A stretch of 64,000 nucleotides of DNA, taken from assembly GCA_029933125.1 (NCBI GenBank), contig JAOZOU010000009.1, forward strand, positions 10,194 to 74,193. Direction: 5' to 3'. The position numbers and the translations under genes are program-made. Below, piece by piece: positions 28,477 to 38,621 of the stretch (the stretch's first letter is position 1; the number at the start of each line of letters is the position of its first letter). This stretch comes from a bacterium. Its GTDB lineage: Bacteria > Arandabacterota > Arandabacteria > Arandabacterales > Arandabacteraceae. Under the pieces are notes generated by a model, which saw only the letters and a program-made list of their open reading frames with translations, was not told where the DNA came from and made no database searches.

Positions 28477-29107
28477 GTTCAATTGTCTCAGGTTTCTCAA
28501 TCCGCTTTAGAGTGGTAACGAAGCCTGTGATGACACCAGTTAGTGACTTTTGCACAAAGTCATTCATAGCCACTGGCTTCCCATTGACGATAAGATTTAT
28601 ATGGCCCCCTTTGGGCTTAAGGATTCCCCGCTTGAGAAGAAATTCCCCGAGTGCGTCAATTTCGTCAAAACCGAAACTTTCGTGCTCCCCTTGCTGCTTA
28701 GACTCAGTGACAACGGCAACAATCTGACTGAGGCCCTCGGGAGCGCTTTGACCACTCTTTACGAGAATCTTGGGCATCTCCTCCTGCTTGAAGCCCTCAA
28801 TTATCACGAGATCATATATGCCAAGAAACCTCGAGACAGCTTCCTGCCAGTCAAGCGATTCGGGTATGAAGACGAGAGAAACATTTTCGGATACCACAAT
28901 AGAAGCGCGAGCTCCAGCAGCGAGATGCCTTTCTGAATCTGTTGAGCGATTGAGCTTAAGATCTTCAGTCGTGTGTTTTAGCGTCCCCACCCTGAGCCCC
29001 TTCCTGTTAAAGAACCCAACCAGTCCCTCGACTACCCTGGTCTTGCCACTGTCCTTCCAGCCAACTACTCCTATCACTCTTCCCTCAAGCGTGGATAGCA
29101 TCTTCAC
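28421..29107 (-). CDS. MobB-like P-loop protein (molybdopterin-guanine dinucleotide biosynthesis protein B family) with C-terminal extension
   Basis: P-loop VIGVVGWKDSGKT and MobB-like N-terminal 160 aa; extra C-terminal about 70 aa; 3' end overlaps the convergent anti-sigma gene by 56 bp. Confidence 0.55.
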   Translation of the reverse strand: MKMLSTLEGRVIGVVGWKDSGKTRVVEGLVGFFNRKGLRVGTLKHTTEDLKLNRSTDSERHLAAGARASIVVSENVSLVFIPESLDWQEAVSRFLGIYDLVIIEGFKQEEMPKILVKSGQSAPEGLSQIVAVVTESKQQGEHESFGFDEIDALGEFLLKRGILKPKGGHINLIVNGKPVAMNDFVQKSLTGVITGFVTTLKRIEKPETIELTLRIPSVRKNMPTPGSP

Positions 29108-30201
29108 CGTCTCCTCGGCTTGCCCCTCCGTTTGACAACCTGCTTCATCTCTTTGAGCAATGCATCAACAGCCTTAGATGGTGTTACCTTCTTTATGATC
29201 TCACCTTTTCTAAAGATTAGAGCTGTGCCCTTGCCAGCTGCAATCCCGACATCGGCTTCACGAGCCTCACCAGGCCCGTTTACCACGCACCCCATGATTG
29301 CAACAACCGTTGGCTCCTTGACTTTGGCAAGTTTCTTCTCAACCTGCCTCACAATTCTCATAAGATCTATTTCGCATCTGCCGCATGTTGGGCATGAGAT
29401 TATGATTGGACCTTTCTGGCGAAGCATTAGTGCTTTGAGTATCTCATGGCCAACCTTGACCTCTTCCTCTGGTGGAGCTGTGAGACTCACCCTGATAGTG
29501 TCCCCAATCCCCTCGGCAAGCAGCGTTCCAATTCCAACAGCTGATCTTATGATGCCCGATGGCGGAGGACCAGCCTCGGTAACACCAACATGAAGAGGAT
29601 AGCGGAAGCGGTTGGCTATCATCCGATAGGTTTCAATTGTGACCTGAACACGCGATGACTTGGCCGATAGGATGATTTCAGTAAAACCAATATCCTCAAG
29701 TAGGCTCACTGTTCGTGAGATACTTTCAACAAGAGCTTCCGGGATTGGAGTACCATATTTCTGTAAGAGCGGCTTCTCAAGCGAGCCTGCATTGACACCG
29801 ACCCTTACAGGGACCCCATGGCGTCTTGCAGCTTCAACAGTTCTTATGATGTGTTCACGGCCACCAATGTTGCCAGGGTTTATTCTTATGCAGTCGACAC
29901 CCGCCTCAAGTGCCATAAGCGCAAGCTTATAGTTGAAATGGATGTCAGCAATTATCGGAATCTTCACCTTCTGCTTTATCGCAGCAAGCGCCTCGGCTGC
30001 TTCATAGTCAGGTACAGCTATACGCACCATATCACAGCCTACTTTCTCAAGACTCTTTATCTGCCTTAGCGTCGCCTTGACATCGCGTGTATCAGTCTTG
30101 GTCATCGTTTCAACGGCGATAGGCGAACCACCACCAATTGGTACATCACCAACGTAAACCGTCCTTGTCATTCTTCTCACATATGATTCTCTCAGATGCA
30201 A
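29104..30201 (-). CDS. ispG: 4-hydroxy-3-methylbut-2-en-1-yl diphosphate synthase (flavodoxin)
   Basis: 365 aa; GcpE motifs (VGDVPIGGGSPIAVETM, ISCPTCGRC, MGCVVNGPGE). Confidence 0.9.
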   Translation of the reverse strand: MHLRESYVRRMTRTVYVGDVPIGGGSPIAVETMTKTDTRDVKATLRQIKSLEKVGCDMVRIAVPDYEAAEALAAIKQKVKIPIIADIHFNYKLALMALEAGVDCIRINPGNIGGREHIIRTVEAARRHGVPVRVGVNAGSLEKPLLQKYGTPIPEALVESISRTVSLLEDIGFTEIILSAKSSRVQVTIETYRMIANRFRYPLHVGVTEAGPPPSGIIRSAVGIGTLLAEGIGDTIRVSLTAPPEEEVKVGHEILKALMLRQKGPIIISCPTCGRCEIDLMRIVRQVEKKLAKVKEPTVVAIMGCVVNGPGEAREADVGIAAGKGTALIFRKGEIIKKVTPSKAVDALLKEMKQVVKRRGKPRRR

Positions 30202-30217
30202 TTTGCTACCTCCTTAG

Positions 30218-31222
30218 TCAGGCTCGCTTGAAGTGATCAAATCCCTTAGGCTCGAGCAGCTGCGCTCCGCCTTTTGAGCTGAGTTTTACGCCTTCGCCCT
30301 TGACGGTCACCGTTCCAATTGGAGTCACCGCCAGATTGAGCTCATCGGCTAAACGGTCAATCTTTGCCTCTGAAGCTTTGGGCAGTGTAAAGAGAAGCTC
30401 GTATTCCTCACCGCTTGATAGGGCATGAGAAAGAGCCTCATCACGCTTGCCGAAATATTCCATCACACCTTCACCAACGGGTATGGCTTCGGCATCAAGC
30501 ACGGCTCCAACTCCACTCGCATCGAGAATATGCCAGAGATCGGAGAGTAAACCGTCGCTTATATCTATCATCGAGGAAGGATTGAGTTCGGCAATTATCT
30601 TGCGAGCCTCAGTGAGGCGCGGTCTGGGTCTACGAAAATGCTCAATTGCTTTTCTGGCAGCATCGCTTTCAACCTGTGCGTTCTCCTCAAGATAGTGCAG
30701 CCCAAGCCAAGCATCACCAAGCGTACCTGTCACTACAATAAGATCCCCATGGCGAGCTCCTGACCGCAGAACAATCTCATCACGTTCACATGTGCCTGAG
30801 AGTGTTACCGAGATGGCAAATGGACCGATAGTATGCACAATGTCACCGCCAACGATAGTTACCTCATAGGCGCTGGAAAGTTCATCCATGCCATCATAGA
30901 TTTCATCCACCTGCTTTGCTGTAAAGTCATCGGGCAGAAACAAGGTTACAAGAGCATGCCTTGGAAGAGCACCCGTTGCAGCTATGTCACTTACATTTAC
31001 GGCGAGCACCTTCCAACCGACATCCCTCATAGTCAACCAGCCTGACTTAAAGTGGGTTCCTTCTACAAGGCAGTCGGTTGTAAGAACCTCGAGAATCTCA
31101 CCACGCCTTATGACGGCGCAGTCATCACCAATGCCTACGATAACATCCTCATCAGGATGTGTCTGCCTCGCCTTGATACGATCGATAAGCCCAAATTCGC
31201 CAATCTCGCTTATCTTGCCCAT
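30218..31222 (-). CDS. thiL: thiamine-monophosphate kinase
   Basis: 334 aa; AIR-synthase-related fold, ThiL N-terminal motif (GEFGLIDRI, IGDDCAVI). Confidence 0.85.
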   Translation of the reverse strand: MGKISEIGEFGLIDRIKARQTHPDEDVIVGIGDDCAVIRRGEILEVLTTDCLVEGTHFKSGWLTMRDVGWKVLAVNVSDIAATGALPRHALVTLFLPDDFTAKQVDEIYDGMDELSSAYEVTIVGGDIVHTIGPFAISVTLSGTCERDEIVLRSGARHGDLIVVTGTLGDAWLGLHYLEENAQVESDAARKAIEHFRRPRPRLTEARKIIAELNPSSMIDISDGLLSDLWHILDASGVGAVLDAEAIPVGEGVMEYFGKRDEALSHALSSGEEYELLFTLPKASEAKIDRLADELNLAVTPIGTVTVKGEGVKLSSKGGAQLLEPKGFDHFKRA

Positions 31223-31343
31223 TTTAGCCTCTTGTTCCCATTTGACCGGGCTCTTTGCAAGCCGGAAGCCGCCACGATTGCATTTCCTATCGACTTAACT
31301 TCAGACCTCATGCGGCGAACTCCATCCCTTTCACAAGCAAGCC

Positions 31344-32555
31344 TCAAGACGAAGATTCGAGCCATCTATAGGCAGAGTAAGCCAGGGCAGTCACCCCAAC
31401 CCTTAAGGCACTTTCATCAATGTCAAACCTGGGATGGTGGAGCTCGAAAACTTTCCCTTTGCGCCGGTTCATGATGCCAACAAAGAGCACTGTCCCTGGC
31501 ACCTTCCGAGCATAGTAGGCAAAATCCTCTCCACCCATTTCAAATTCAGTCGTTTGCTTGACATTTGCCTTCCCCAAAAGATCGCGACATGCCTGCTCGG
31601 AAAGTTGAGTTAGTGCGTCGTCGCAGACAACCGCTGGATAACCACAGATGTAGTCGAGCTTGGCCTTGGCACCAAAACTTGCACATGTTGCATCGAGAAT
31701 CTGTGAAAGCATGCGTCGAACCTTCCTACGCATCCTCTCACTTCGCGTACGGACAGTTCCCTCGAGGTGTACAGTGTCTGCAATGATGTTGTCACGATAG
31801 CCGCCCGCAATCTTTCCGATCGATACGACAACACTTTCAAGGGCTGAGACCCTTCGCGAGACGATTGTCTGCACATGGGTCATGAAATAAGCTGCAACAA
31901 CGATGGCATCAATTCCTGAATGAGGCGAAGAGCCATGCCCGCCCTTTCCTTTGATGGTTATCTTGAAGTCATCAGCCGCAGCTGAGATCGCTCCGCGATT
32001 GAATCCAACCTTGCCCGATGGGATTGATGCACTCACGTGGGTACCGATTATCGCATGCACCACGGGTTTCTCGAGTACACCTCTTCTTATGAGTTCGAGA
32101 GCGCCACCAGGTGGACTCTCCTCGGCTGGCTGGAAGATGAGCTTTATCCTACCTGGAAGATCCTTTCCCAATTGTTTAAGCAGCCAGCCAGCACCCCATA
32201 CCATCGTCATGTGAGCATCATGACCACAGGCGTGCATGTAGCCCTTGTTGCGAGACTTAAAAGGTAGATCAGTTTGCTCATCCATACTCAAGGCATCCAT
32301 GTCAGCACGAAGAGCTATAGTTTTTCTCCCACTGCCTTCGACAATGCCAACGACGCCTGTCGTTCCAGCAATACGCTCGTGCGGTATGCGCACCTGTTTG
32401 AGCAAGGAGCAGATCTTTGCCTGGGTCTTGTGCTCCTCAAATGAAGGCTCGGGTATTTGGTGTAGAGCTCTTCTTGTTGCAATGAACTTTGCCTCAAGGT
32501 TCTTGCTAAGGCTTAGTAGCCTCTCCTTCACATCATCTTTACCGGCTTTTCTCAT
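31344..32555 (-). CDS. M20-family amidohydrolase (peptidase M20D, N-acyl-amino acid amidohydrolase-like)
   Basis: 403 aa; metal-binding motifs MHACGHDAH and typical M20D architecture. Confidence 0.8.
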   Translation of the reverse strand: MRKAGKDDVKERLLSLSKNLEAKFIATRRALHQIPEPSFEEHKTQAKICSLLKQVRIPHERIAGTTGVVGIVEGSGRKTIALRADMDALSMDEQTDLPFKSRNKGYMHACGHDAHMTMVWGAGWLLKQLGKDLPGRIKLIFQPAEESPPGGALELIRRGVLEKPVVHAIIGTHVSASIPSGKVGFNRGAISAAADDFKITIKGKGGHGSSPHSGIDAIVVAAYFMTHVQTIVSRRVSALESVVVSIGKIAGGYRDNIIADTVHLEGTVRTRSERMRRKVRRMLSQILDATCASFGAKAKLDYICGYPAVVCDDALTQLSEQACRDLLGKANVKQTTEFEMGGEDFAYYARKVPGTVLFVGIMNRRKGKVFELHHPRFDIDESALRVGVTALAYSAYRWLESSS

Positions 32556-32557
32556 TC

Positions 32558-34111
32558 TTAACTCTCCGGTGAAAGAATCGATGCTATCGCATTGGGAATG
32601 CGCTCGGCAAGCTCTCCTGCCAGGAAACCATAGTAGCCCTTCTCATCCAGCAGCATGTCTCCAAGGAGACCATGGATGAAAACACCTGCGCAGGCAGCTT
32701 CAAGTGGAACGGTCCCCTGCGCAAGCAATCCAGCGATAATTCCTGTAAGTACATCGCCTGAACCCGCTGTTGCAAGTCCCTGATTACCGGTTGGATTTAT
32801 GAAGACGTAGCCATCGGGTGAGGCTATGAAACTCGGTGCACCTTTGAGAACAAGAATCAAGCCAAGTTCCTCGGCAACTTTGCGTGAGAACTCAATCGGG
32901 CCAGCCAGAATTTCGCTCTTTTCTTTGCCGAGAAGCCTGGCTGCTTCACCTGCATGGGGCGTGAGCACAAGAGGAAAATCAAGGCCTTTGAGAAGCTCGC
33001 TTTGTCCAGCAAATGCATTGATCCCATCCGCATCCAGCACACATGGCTTACCTAGAGTGGGAACGATTTCTCTTATGAGCTCAGCCGTCTCAGCATTCTG
33101 CGACAGCCCAGGACCGATTGCTACCGCATCTGCTCTTGCAACAAAATCGAGAAGCTTGGACTTGGCTCTCTCCGCAAGCGTACCCTCGTGTGTTTCCTCA
33201 ACAGGTAAGGTCATCACCTCAGTTAGTTTGACCTCAAGAATTGTATTGAGACTTTTGGGCACAGCGAGTGTAACAAGACCTGCACCAGCCTTGAGCGCCG
33301 ATATAGAGGTCAGGGTTGCGGCGCCTGTAAAACCAGTTGAGCCGCAAATTGCCGCGACGAATCCACATGTCCACTTGTGAGCCTGAGGAGATCGATCGGG
33401 CAGAGCGGTAACAACATCTGAGCGCGTGAGGATAAAAGTCTTAAGCCCCGCCTTCACGATGACCTCGGGAGGAACACCGATGTCATGAACAATTACTTCA
33501 CCAGTAAGAGACCTTCCAGGGAAGAGCAGGTGTCCTCGTTTGGGTAGCGCCATTGTAACAGTGAGATCTGCTCCAACTGCAAGTGACGCCTCCCCGGTTG
33601 AAGAGTTGACTCCTGATGGAACATCGATGGCAACCTTTATCCCTGGCGCCGCGTTTATCATCTCTATAGCCTGCCTTGCAAGCCCTCGCGGCTCCCCCTC
33701 GAAGCCGGTGCCGAAGATGGCATCCACAACAAGAGCAGCTTTCTGGAGGGAGGCTTCGAGATCGCTCAGATTGTCCTTATCCACTTCCCTGACTTTCACA
33801 CCTGAATTCTGGCATTTCTTCAAATGGAAAGCAGCATCACCTTTAACATCCTTTATCTTCCCAAGAAGATAGGTCTTTACAGCATAGCCCTTACGCTTAA
33901 GAAGGCGCGAGACAACGAAGCCGTCACCACCATTGTTGCCCTTGCCGCACACAACGACAATAGATAATCGCTTCTTTGGCTTGAAACTTCGGATTATCTC
34001 CTCAGCCACACCTCGGCCCGCATTGTCCATGAGTTTGGAACCTGGCACGAAGTCCCGAATTGTCTCTTCATCGATCCTTCGCATCTCTTGAGCAGTTACA
34101 ACAGGGATCAA
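32558..34111 (-). CDS. nnr: bifunctional NAD(P)H-hydrate epimerase / ADP-dependent NAD(P)H-hydrate dehydratase
   Basis: 517 aa; N-terminal YjeF-N domain (VVCGKGNNGGDGFV) and C-terminal carbohydrate-kinase-like dehydratase domain (GSGDVLTGIIAGLLAQG). Confidence 0.85.
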   Translation of the reverse strand: MIPVVTAQEMRRIDEETIRDFVPGSKLMDNAGRGVAEEIIRSFKPKKRLSIVVVCGKGNNGGDGFVVSRLLKRKGYAVKTYLLGKIKDVKGDAAFHLKKCQNSGVKVREVDKDNLSDLEASLQKAALVVDAIFGTGFEGEPRGLARQAIEMINAAPGIKVAIDVPSGVNSSTGEASLAVGADLTVTMALPKRGHLLFPGRSLTGEVIVHDIGVPPEVIVKAGLKTFILTRSDVVTALPDRSPQAHKWTCGFVAAICGSTGFTGAATLTSISALKAGAGLVTLAVPKSLNTILEVKLTEVMTLPVEETHEGTLAERAKSKLLDFVARADAVAIGPGLSQNAETAELIREIVPTLGKPCVLDADGINAFAGQSELLKGLDFPLVLTPHAGEAARLLGKEKSEILAGPIEFSRKVAEELGLILVLKGAPSFIASPDGYVFINPTGNQGLATAGSGDVLTGIIAGLLAQGTVPLEAACAGVFIHGLLGDMLLDEKGYYGFLAGELAERIPNAIASILSPES

Positions 34112-34497
34112 CTTTGCACCTCCGGAAGAAGCAAGACCATCGCCACTGCATAGTCACCATCATGGGAAATACTCAGCAATGCTTGCCTGTCACCGAGAGC
34201 ATCTTTGGCTGCACCTCGAAGATGAAGTACGGGCAAGCCCTTCTCGGTGAGCACAACTTCTATTGTGCGATGAGTGATTTTAGGAGTCTGGTGAGTTGCA
34301 AGAGCTTTGAAAAAAGCCTCTTTTGCTGCGAATCTTGCAGCCAGAGCCTCAGCAGGCACAGGGCGGGCAAGGCTGTAAGCTATTTCGCTCTGGGTGTAGA
34401 TGCGTTCGAGAAAGCGTCTTCCCCAACGATCGAGGAGGCGCCTGATGCGAGGCACTGCAACAAAGTCGATTCCTATGCCCACATGTGCATACGGCAT
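34108..34497 (-). CDS. acpS: holo-[acyl-carrier-protein] synthase
   Basis: AcpS N-terminal motif VGIGIDFVAVPRI and FAAKEAFFKA; start taken at internal Met (track start 34515 also possible). Confidence 0.85.
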   Translation of the reverse strand: MPYAHVGIGIDFVAVPRIRRLLDRWGRRFLERIYTQSEIAYSLARPVPAEALAARFAAKEAFFKALATHQTPKITHRTIEVVLTEKGLPVLHLRGAAKDALGDRQALLSISHDGDYAVAMVLLLPEVQS

Positions 34498-34678
34498 GGC
34501 ATCCTCCGCACGCAATCATATGCAAGTGGGCTTGAGGATTCAAGAAGGATATACGTTGTGATTGACCGTCTCGAAGACGCTCAGGCTGCACCCTGGCAAA
34601 ATACGGTCCTGCTTGCTTAGTTGGGTTGCTTTAGCAAACTTTCTCTCGCAACTCCTTTCACAGGGGCTAGTCTTGGAC

Positions 34679-34870
34679 CTACTTCATGGACTGGCCAATC
34701 GTCCGCCCAACGCTTATCTCACCATTGTCTATCCTGAGATTGAACCCACACTCAGGATTGGAGCATACCCAGGCCTTGTAAGTAATTGGTGCCCCTTCAC
34801 GACCGTAGTCGGAAAGAGGAATAAGGACACCATCATGACACTTCCTACATTTAGGGAATGATCCTTCCAT
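34679..34870 (-). CDS. small zinc-ribbon protein (hypothetical)
   Basis: 63-aa product from internal Met with CxxC...CxxxxC (CRKC ... CSNPEC) arrangement; weak evidence, could be longer (track 34969). Confidence 0.35.
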   Translation of the reverse strand: MEGSFPKCRKCHDGVLIPLSDYGREGAPITYKAWVCSNPECGFNLRIDNGEISVGRTIGQSMK

Positions 34871-35263
34871 TACGCTAACCTCCCATCCCTTCGCATTCAC
34901 AATACAAACCCTCCGCGGTGAAAGCCCACACAACTTTGCCGGGCCAGTCCTTGTCTTACAATATAGCACTCGCTGAGGAAGTTAGTCAAGCCATCCCATA
35001 GACTCATGAATCAATCTCGCCACCTGTTGGGATCATAAACAATTGTATTGTAGTGAACAATTGCTTCTTGGGGTGAGCTCTGTCATCCTCTTCTTCCCGA
35101 ATCCACTACACATGCATCCAAGAGTCACATTATCAACGAATGTTACGTGTGCAATAAGCAGAGCGCGCCACTTTCGCAGTGCGGAGCCTTAGTCTGGAAC
35201 TTCATAGCCACAGCGAACCACATCTCAGGTTGAGCTTAGTCTGCCAGAATCACGCTGCCGCTA

Positions 35264-35920
35264 TCATCTTTCCCTTACATTTAGACGGCACCACTCTCGT
35301 TCCCAAGCTCTCACCCTCATCCCGGCTCCCCGCAGAGGAGCAGGCAAGCGCGCATCCTTAGCCAGTGCTTTGACTATATTCTGAGCATCTTTGAAAGTCA
35401 CAAGATTACCTGCAACAACTGCAATTGGAGTGCGATGGCCTGCTATCTTGACTGGACCAGAAATCTTGATTCCATCATGCCCCTTCCTGCCCTTGAATCC
35501 TGAGCCCCTTTCACTCACACCTATTGTTGGCTTCCCAGCTATAACTCCAACATAAGCTGCAAGAGGGATCTCATCCCTTAACGATAACTCTTTCACAAGA
35601 ATCACATCAGGATTGCGTTTGAGCATCTTGAGAACATTCATTATGAGTGGGACAAAAATGGGGTTGCCAACATCCGCGTAGAGCACTCTATCGATCTCAT
35701 CTGTGGCAATTGCTTCTTCAAGCACTTGCATCTTGGGGAAGGATACCAGACAGGCAGCAGCATGAGCCTTGCCAGCCTGGAGAGTTGTCACAACATCGAC
35801 TCCCACAACTCTCCTCATGCGTTTGGGGGCTGGCTTAAACTTTAGGCGCTTTAGCACGCGCTCCCTTAACTGGCTGAATTCTGTGAGTCTTAGCTTTCGC
35901 AGTGCTTCAATCTCAACCAT
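35264..35920 (-). CDS. endonuclease V (Nfi) family homologue with divergent active-site motifs
   Basis: Aligns by eye to EndoV over full length (GVDV, PTIGV, AGHR, RLPAP blocks) but lacks the Y-I-P-G/F-R-E block; start at internal Met 35920 gives 8-bp overlap with upstream radical SAM gene. Confidence 0.5.
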   Translation of the reverse strand: MVEIEALRKLRLTEFSQLRERVLKRLKFKPAPKRMRRVVGVDVVTTLQAGKAHAAACLVSFPKMQVLEEAIATDEIDRVLYADVGNPIFVPLIMNVLKMLKRNPDVILVKELSLRDEIPLAAYVGVIAGKPTIGVSERGSGFKGRKGHDGIKISGPVKIAGHRTPIAVVAGNLVTFKDAQNIVKALAKDARLPAPLRGAGMRVRAWEREWCRLNVRER

Positions 35921-37061
35921 TGCCTTCCTCCAGCTCACGCGACCAACGGCGATAATCTCTAAGATAGAAATCCATTCTCCCACCCCTGCCCATCGCTAAA
36001 TCCTGTATGCCACAGCGCGCATCAGTGCACCTGAGACAAGCACCATCACATGATGCCGCTGGCTCAAACTTCTCCCCTCTCTTCACATAAACCGGTACAT
36101 CAATTCCTTCACAGTTTACAGAGCTCATAAATTCCCTGTTCAACCCAACCGCGACACCATCGACGAGCTCGTATTCCATACAAAGAGCGAAAGTCACACC
36201 AAGCCTGTCACAAATGTTGCGCATCTTATCGAAGATGCGTTTGCGGTAGTCGATCCCTGCATGGAGATAACCATCTATACGCTCGACGTACAAGCGCTCG
36301 AGGTCGTAAACGAATCCTACACCAAAGCGCCGAAATTTTGCAAACACTTCCGTTGCGATCTTCATCGGAATGTCCATAACGCTTCCTATGATGTGCCTCG
36401 CTCCGCAATCAATGCCCCTTGTAATCATCGCCCGAAGTTCATCGTCTGAATCGGTAAGGAAGGGAATAACGGGATCAACTCTTAAGACGACAGGAATGCC
36501 ACTGGAAGCGCAAGCACTCATTGAGCTAAACAGCTCATCGAGAGTTGCTCCACGCGCCATGAGTCGCTTGCGAACCTCCTCCCTCGATGTAGAAACGGAG
36601 AATTGCCCGAAGGAGTGCTTCTGCTTCTTAAGCAATCCTATGACATCCCCCGGAACTTCACACTTGGTTATGAATTCTATTGGGATATTTCGCTCGATGA
36701 ACTCACGAATTACCTTCTCTGAAAGTTGGTAGCGCCTGTTCACCTCCTGAAATGGATCACAAACGGGGGAAAGATAACCGCATGATGCAACTCTGATGGA
36801 ATCGAGCTGATGGGCGACCACTTTGTCAAAATCTTTAAAGACTGTGACTATGCCTTTCTCATTGAAGAGTCTGAAATAGTGTGCTGGAAGAGCTCGTGCA
36901 TAGCAGAAGATGCAAGCCACGGAACAGCCATTGTAAGGATTTATGAGCATCCTCTCGCCCGTGCATTCACGCTTTCCCTTCCACCAGCCGTGGAGCTCCT
37001 TTTTTGAAGAGACGATTATGTGAGGATAGGGTTCTCTGATTACTTCCTGCGCTTCCACCAC
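35913..37061 (-). CDS. radical SAM protein, SplB/DNA-repair-photolyase-like (COG1533-type)
   Basis: 382 aa; CxxxCxxC radical SAM motif in NPYNGCSVACIFCYA, characteristic of spore-photoproduct-lyase-like family. Confidence 0.65.
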   Translation of the reverse strand: MVEAQEVIREPYPHIIVSSKKELHGWWKGKRECTGERMLINPYNGCSVACIFCYARALPAHYFRLFNEKGIVTVFKDFDKVVAHQLDSIRVASCGYLSPVCDPFQEVNRRYQLSEKVIREFIERNIPIEFITKCEVPGDVIGLLKKQKHSFGQFSVSTSREEVRKRLMARGATLDELFSSMSACASSGIPVVLRVDPVIPFLTDSDDELRAMITRGIDCGARHIIGSVMDIPMKIATEVFAKFRRFGVGFVYDLERLYVERIDGYLHAGIDYRKRIFDKMRNICDRLGVTFALCMEYELVDGVAVGLNREFMSSVNCEGIDVPVYVKRGEKFEPAASCDGACLRCTDARCGIQDLAMGRGGRMDFYLRDYRRWSRELEEGNG

Positions 37062-38611
37062 TATCTCCCGAAGACGCTTAGAATCCTTGCACCATCGACT
37101 CTGATTGTGTAGAGCTCTTTACCTCGAGGCTTACCACGTTCCCATCTGAAGTTGGTTATATAGTATTGAGCCGCATTGGGGTTGGCAACAAAGATAAGCC
37201 GTCTGCGGTCGGGAGCTTTGAGAATGTAAGCATTGTATCTACCAGGAGCCGTTGCAGCATGAATGAGGATCTGGTCGGCGCTATCGTTTGCTGCAATCCA
37301 TTCAAGTCCCTGTCTGTATGAAAGTCCCCAGTAGTCAAGTTCAAACTTGCCCTGAGCTCCTCTGACACCATGAGTGAGTGCATTAAAGTAAACATTCTCA
37401 TGGGGATGATTGCGAATTACAAAGAATGTGATTGCTGTGAGATTGATTATTAGCGCTGAAGCTAATAGCCCAATGAGGCTCGTTCGCAACAGGCGCTTCC
37501 CCGATGGTATCCATGTGACAATCCTTTCTATGGTGAAAACCGAAGCAAGTACCATCGCCGGATAGATAAAAAAGGCATGACGCCACGCATCATAGAGCAC
37601 AACTCTCGCAAACATGAGATAGCTTAAGGGAACCCAGAACCATAAGAGGATAACAAGAGCGCTTATCCGGATAAGCCCTGGCTCCTGCCTGCTTGCAATC
37701 TTCCAGGCAAGCAATATGAAGCCAATGGTGCCAAGTGCGATTACGATAGGCGGTGAAGATACCCCTATCCAGACTGGAAGATAATACCAGGGTAGATTTG
37801 TTGACCAGACCTCGCGCCCGAGGAAAAGAACCGGGGCCTCCCAGGGAAAGCTTCGCATTACCTCAAAGCTATGAACAAAATTGCTTAAAGGGTGCCGCCA
37901 AAGAGTGGGCCACATAATAATTGTAAGACCGATCAAAGAACCGAGGTATGTTCCAAGGGATGAAATTGCGCGGCCGAGTGACTGTGACCGATAGTCGCTG
38001 AGTAAGGCGAGAAGCGTTGCGATGAGCGTAATTACCACAATCAAGATTCCAATGATACGGATGTCAAGGAGAAGAGCGCAGATAAAGCCATGCAAAATCG
38101 CTGACCTCAGGCTTCTTTTCTCAAGAAAATGCACAAGGCTGTAGATGCCAACAACAAAGACAACCATGAAGGGAATATCTTTTGTGTTGTAGAAACCATG
38201 AGCAAGGATGCGTGGACTCATGAAAAGCAGAATTGGTGAGAGGAGGGCAATTCGCCAGTCAGCGATGAGGCGCTTTGTAAGTTTATAGAGAAAGATAAGG
38301 CCAATCCACGATATGAGAAAGGTGGCAAGGTGACGCATGAGGTAAACTTTTCTTATATCTCTAAGTGACAGAATCTGCTCAAGCCAGTAGAGAAAGCTCT
38401 CGACCACTGGTCCGTAGTAGCGATGACGATCCCTGAAGAGCTCTTCATCATGGCTTGTCAGGAAGTTGTATACCTTAGCTCCGTACTCACGCTGAACAGG
38501 TTCGTCCCAGGAGATACCATAATCGTCATAGGCAAAAAGACCAATAACAAGTAGTGCCACAAAAAAGATAGGGACAACAGCAGAGGTTTTGGTGACTTGC
38601 ATTGCCGCCAT
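37061..38611 (-). CDS. GT-C fold membrane glycosyltransferase (GT39/ArnT/PMT-like)
   Basis: Multi-pass membrane protein with DE motif in first periplasmic loop (ISWDEPV); start chosen at internal Met to avoid overlap with upstream gene (track 38668). Confidence 0.6.
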   Translation of the reverse strand: MAAMQVTKTSAVVPIFFVALLVIGLFAYDDYGISWDEPVQREYGAKVYNFLTSHDEELFRDRHRYYGPVVESFLYWLEQILSLRDIRKVYLMRHLATFLISWIGLIFLYKLTKRLIADWRIALLSPILLFMSPRILAHGFYNTKDIPFMVVFVVGIYSLVHFLEKRSLRSAILHGFICALLLDIRIIGILIVVITLIATLLALLSDYRSQSLGRAISSLGTYLGSLIGLTIIMWPTLWRHPLSNFVHSFEVMRSFPWEAPVLFLGREVWSTNLPWYYLPVWIGVSSPPIVIALGTIGFILLAWKIASRQEPGLIRISALVILLWFWVPLSYLMFARVVLYDAWRHAFFIYPAMVLASVFTIERIVTWIPSGKRLLRTSLIGLLASALIINLTAITFFVIRNHPHENVYFNALTHGVRGAQGKFELDYWGLSYRQGLEWIAANDSADQILIHAATAPGRYNAYILKAPDRRRLIFVANPNAAQYYITNFRWERGKPRGKELYTIRVDGARILSVFGR

Positions 38612-38621
38612 CCGATTCTTG

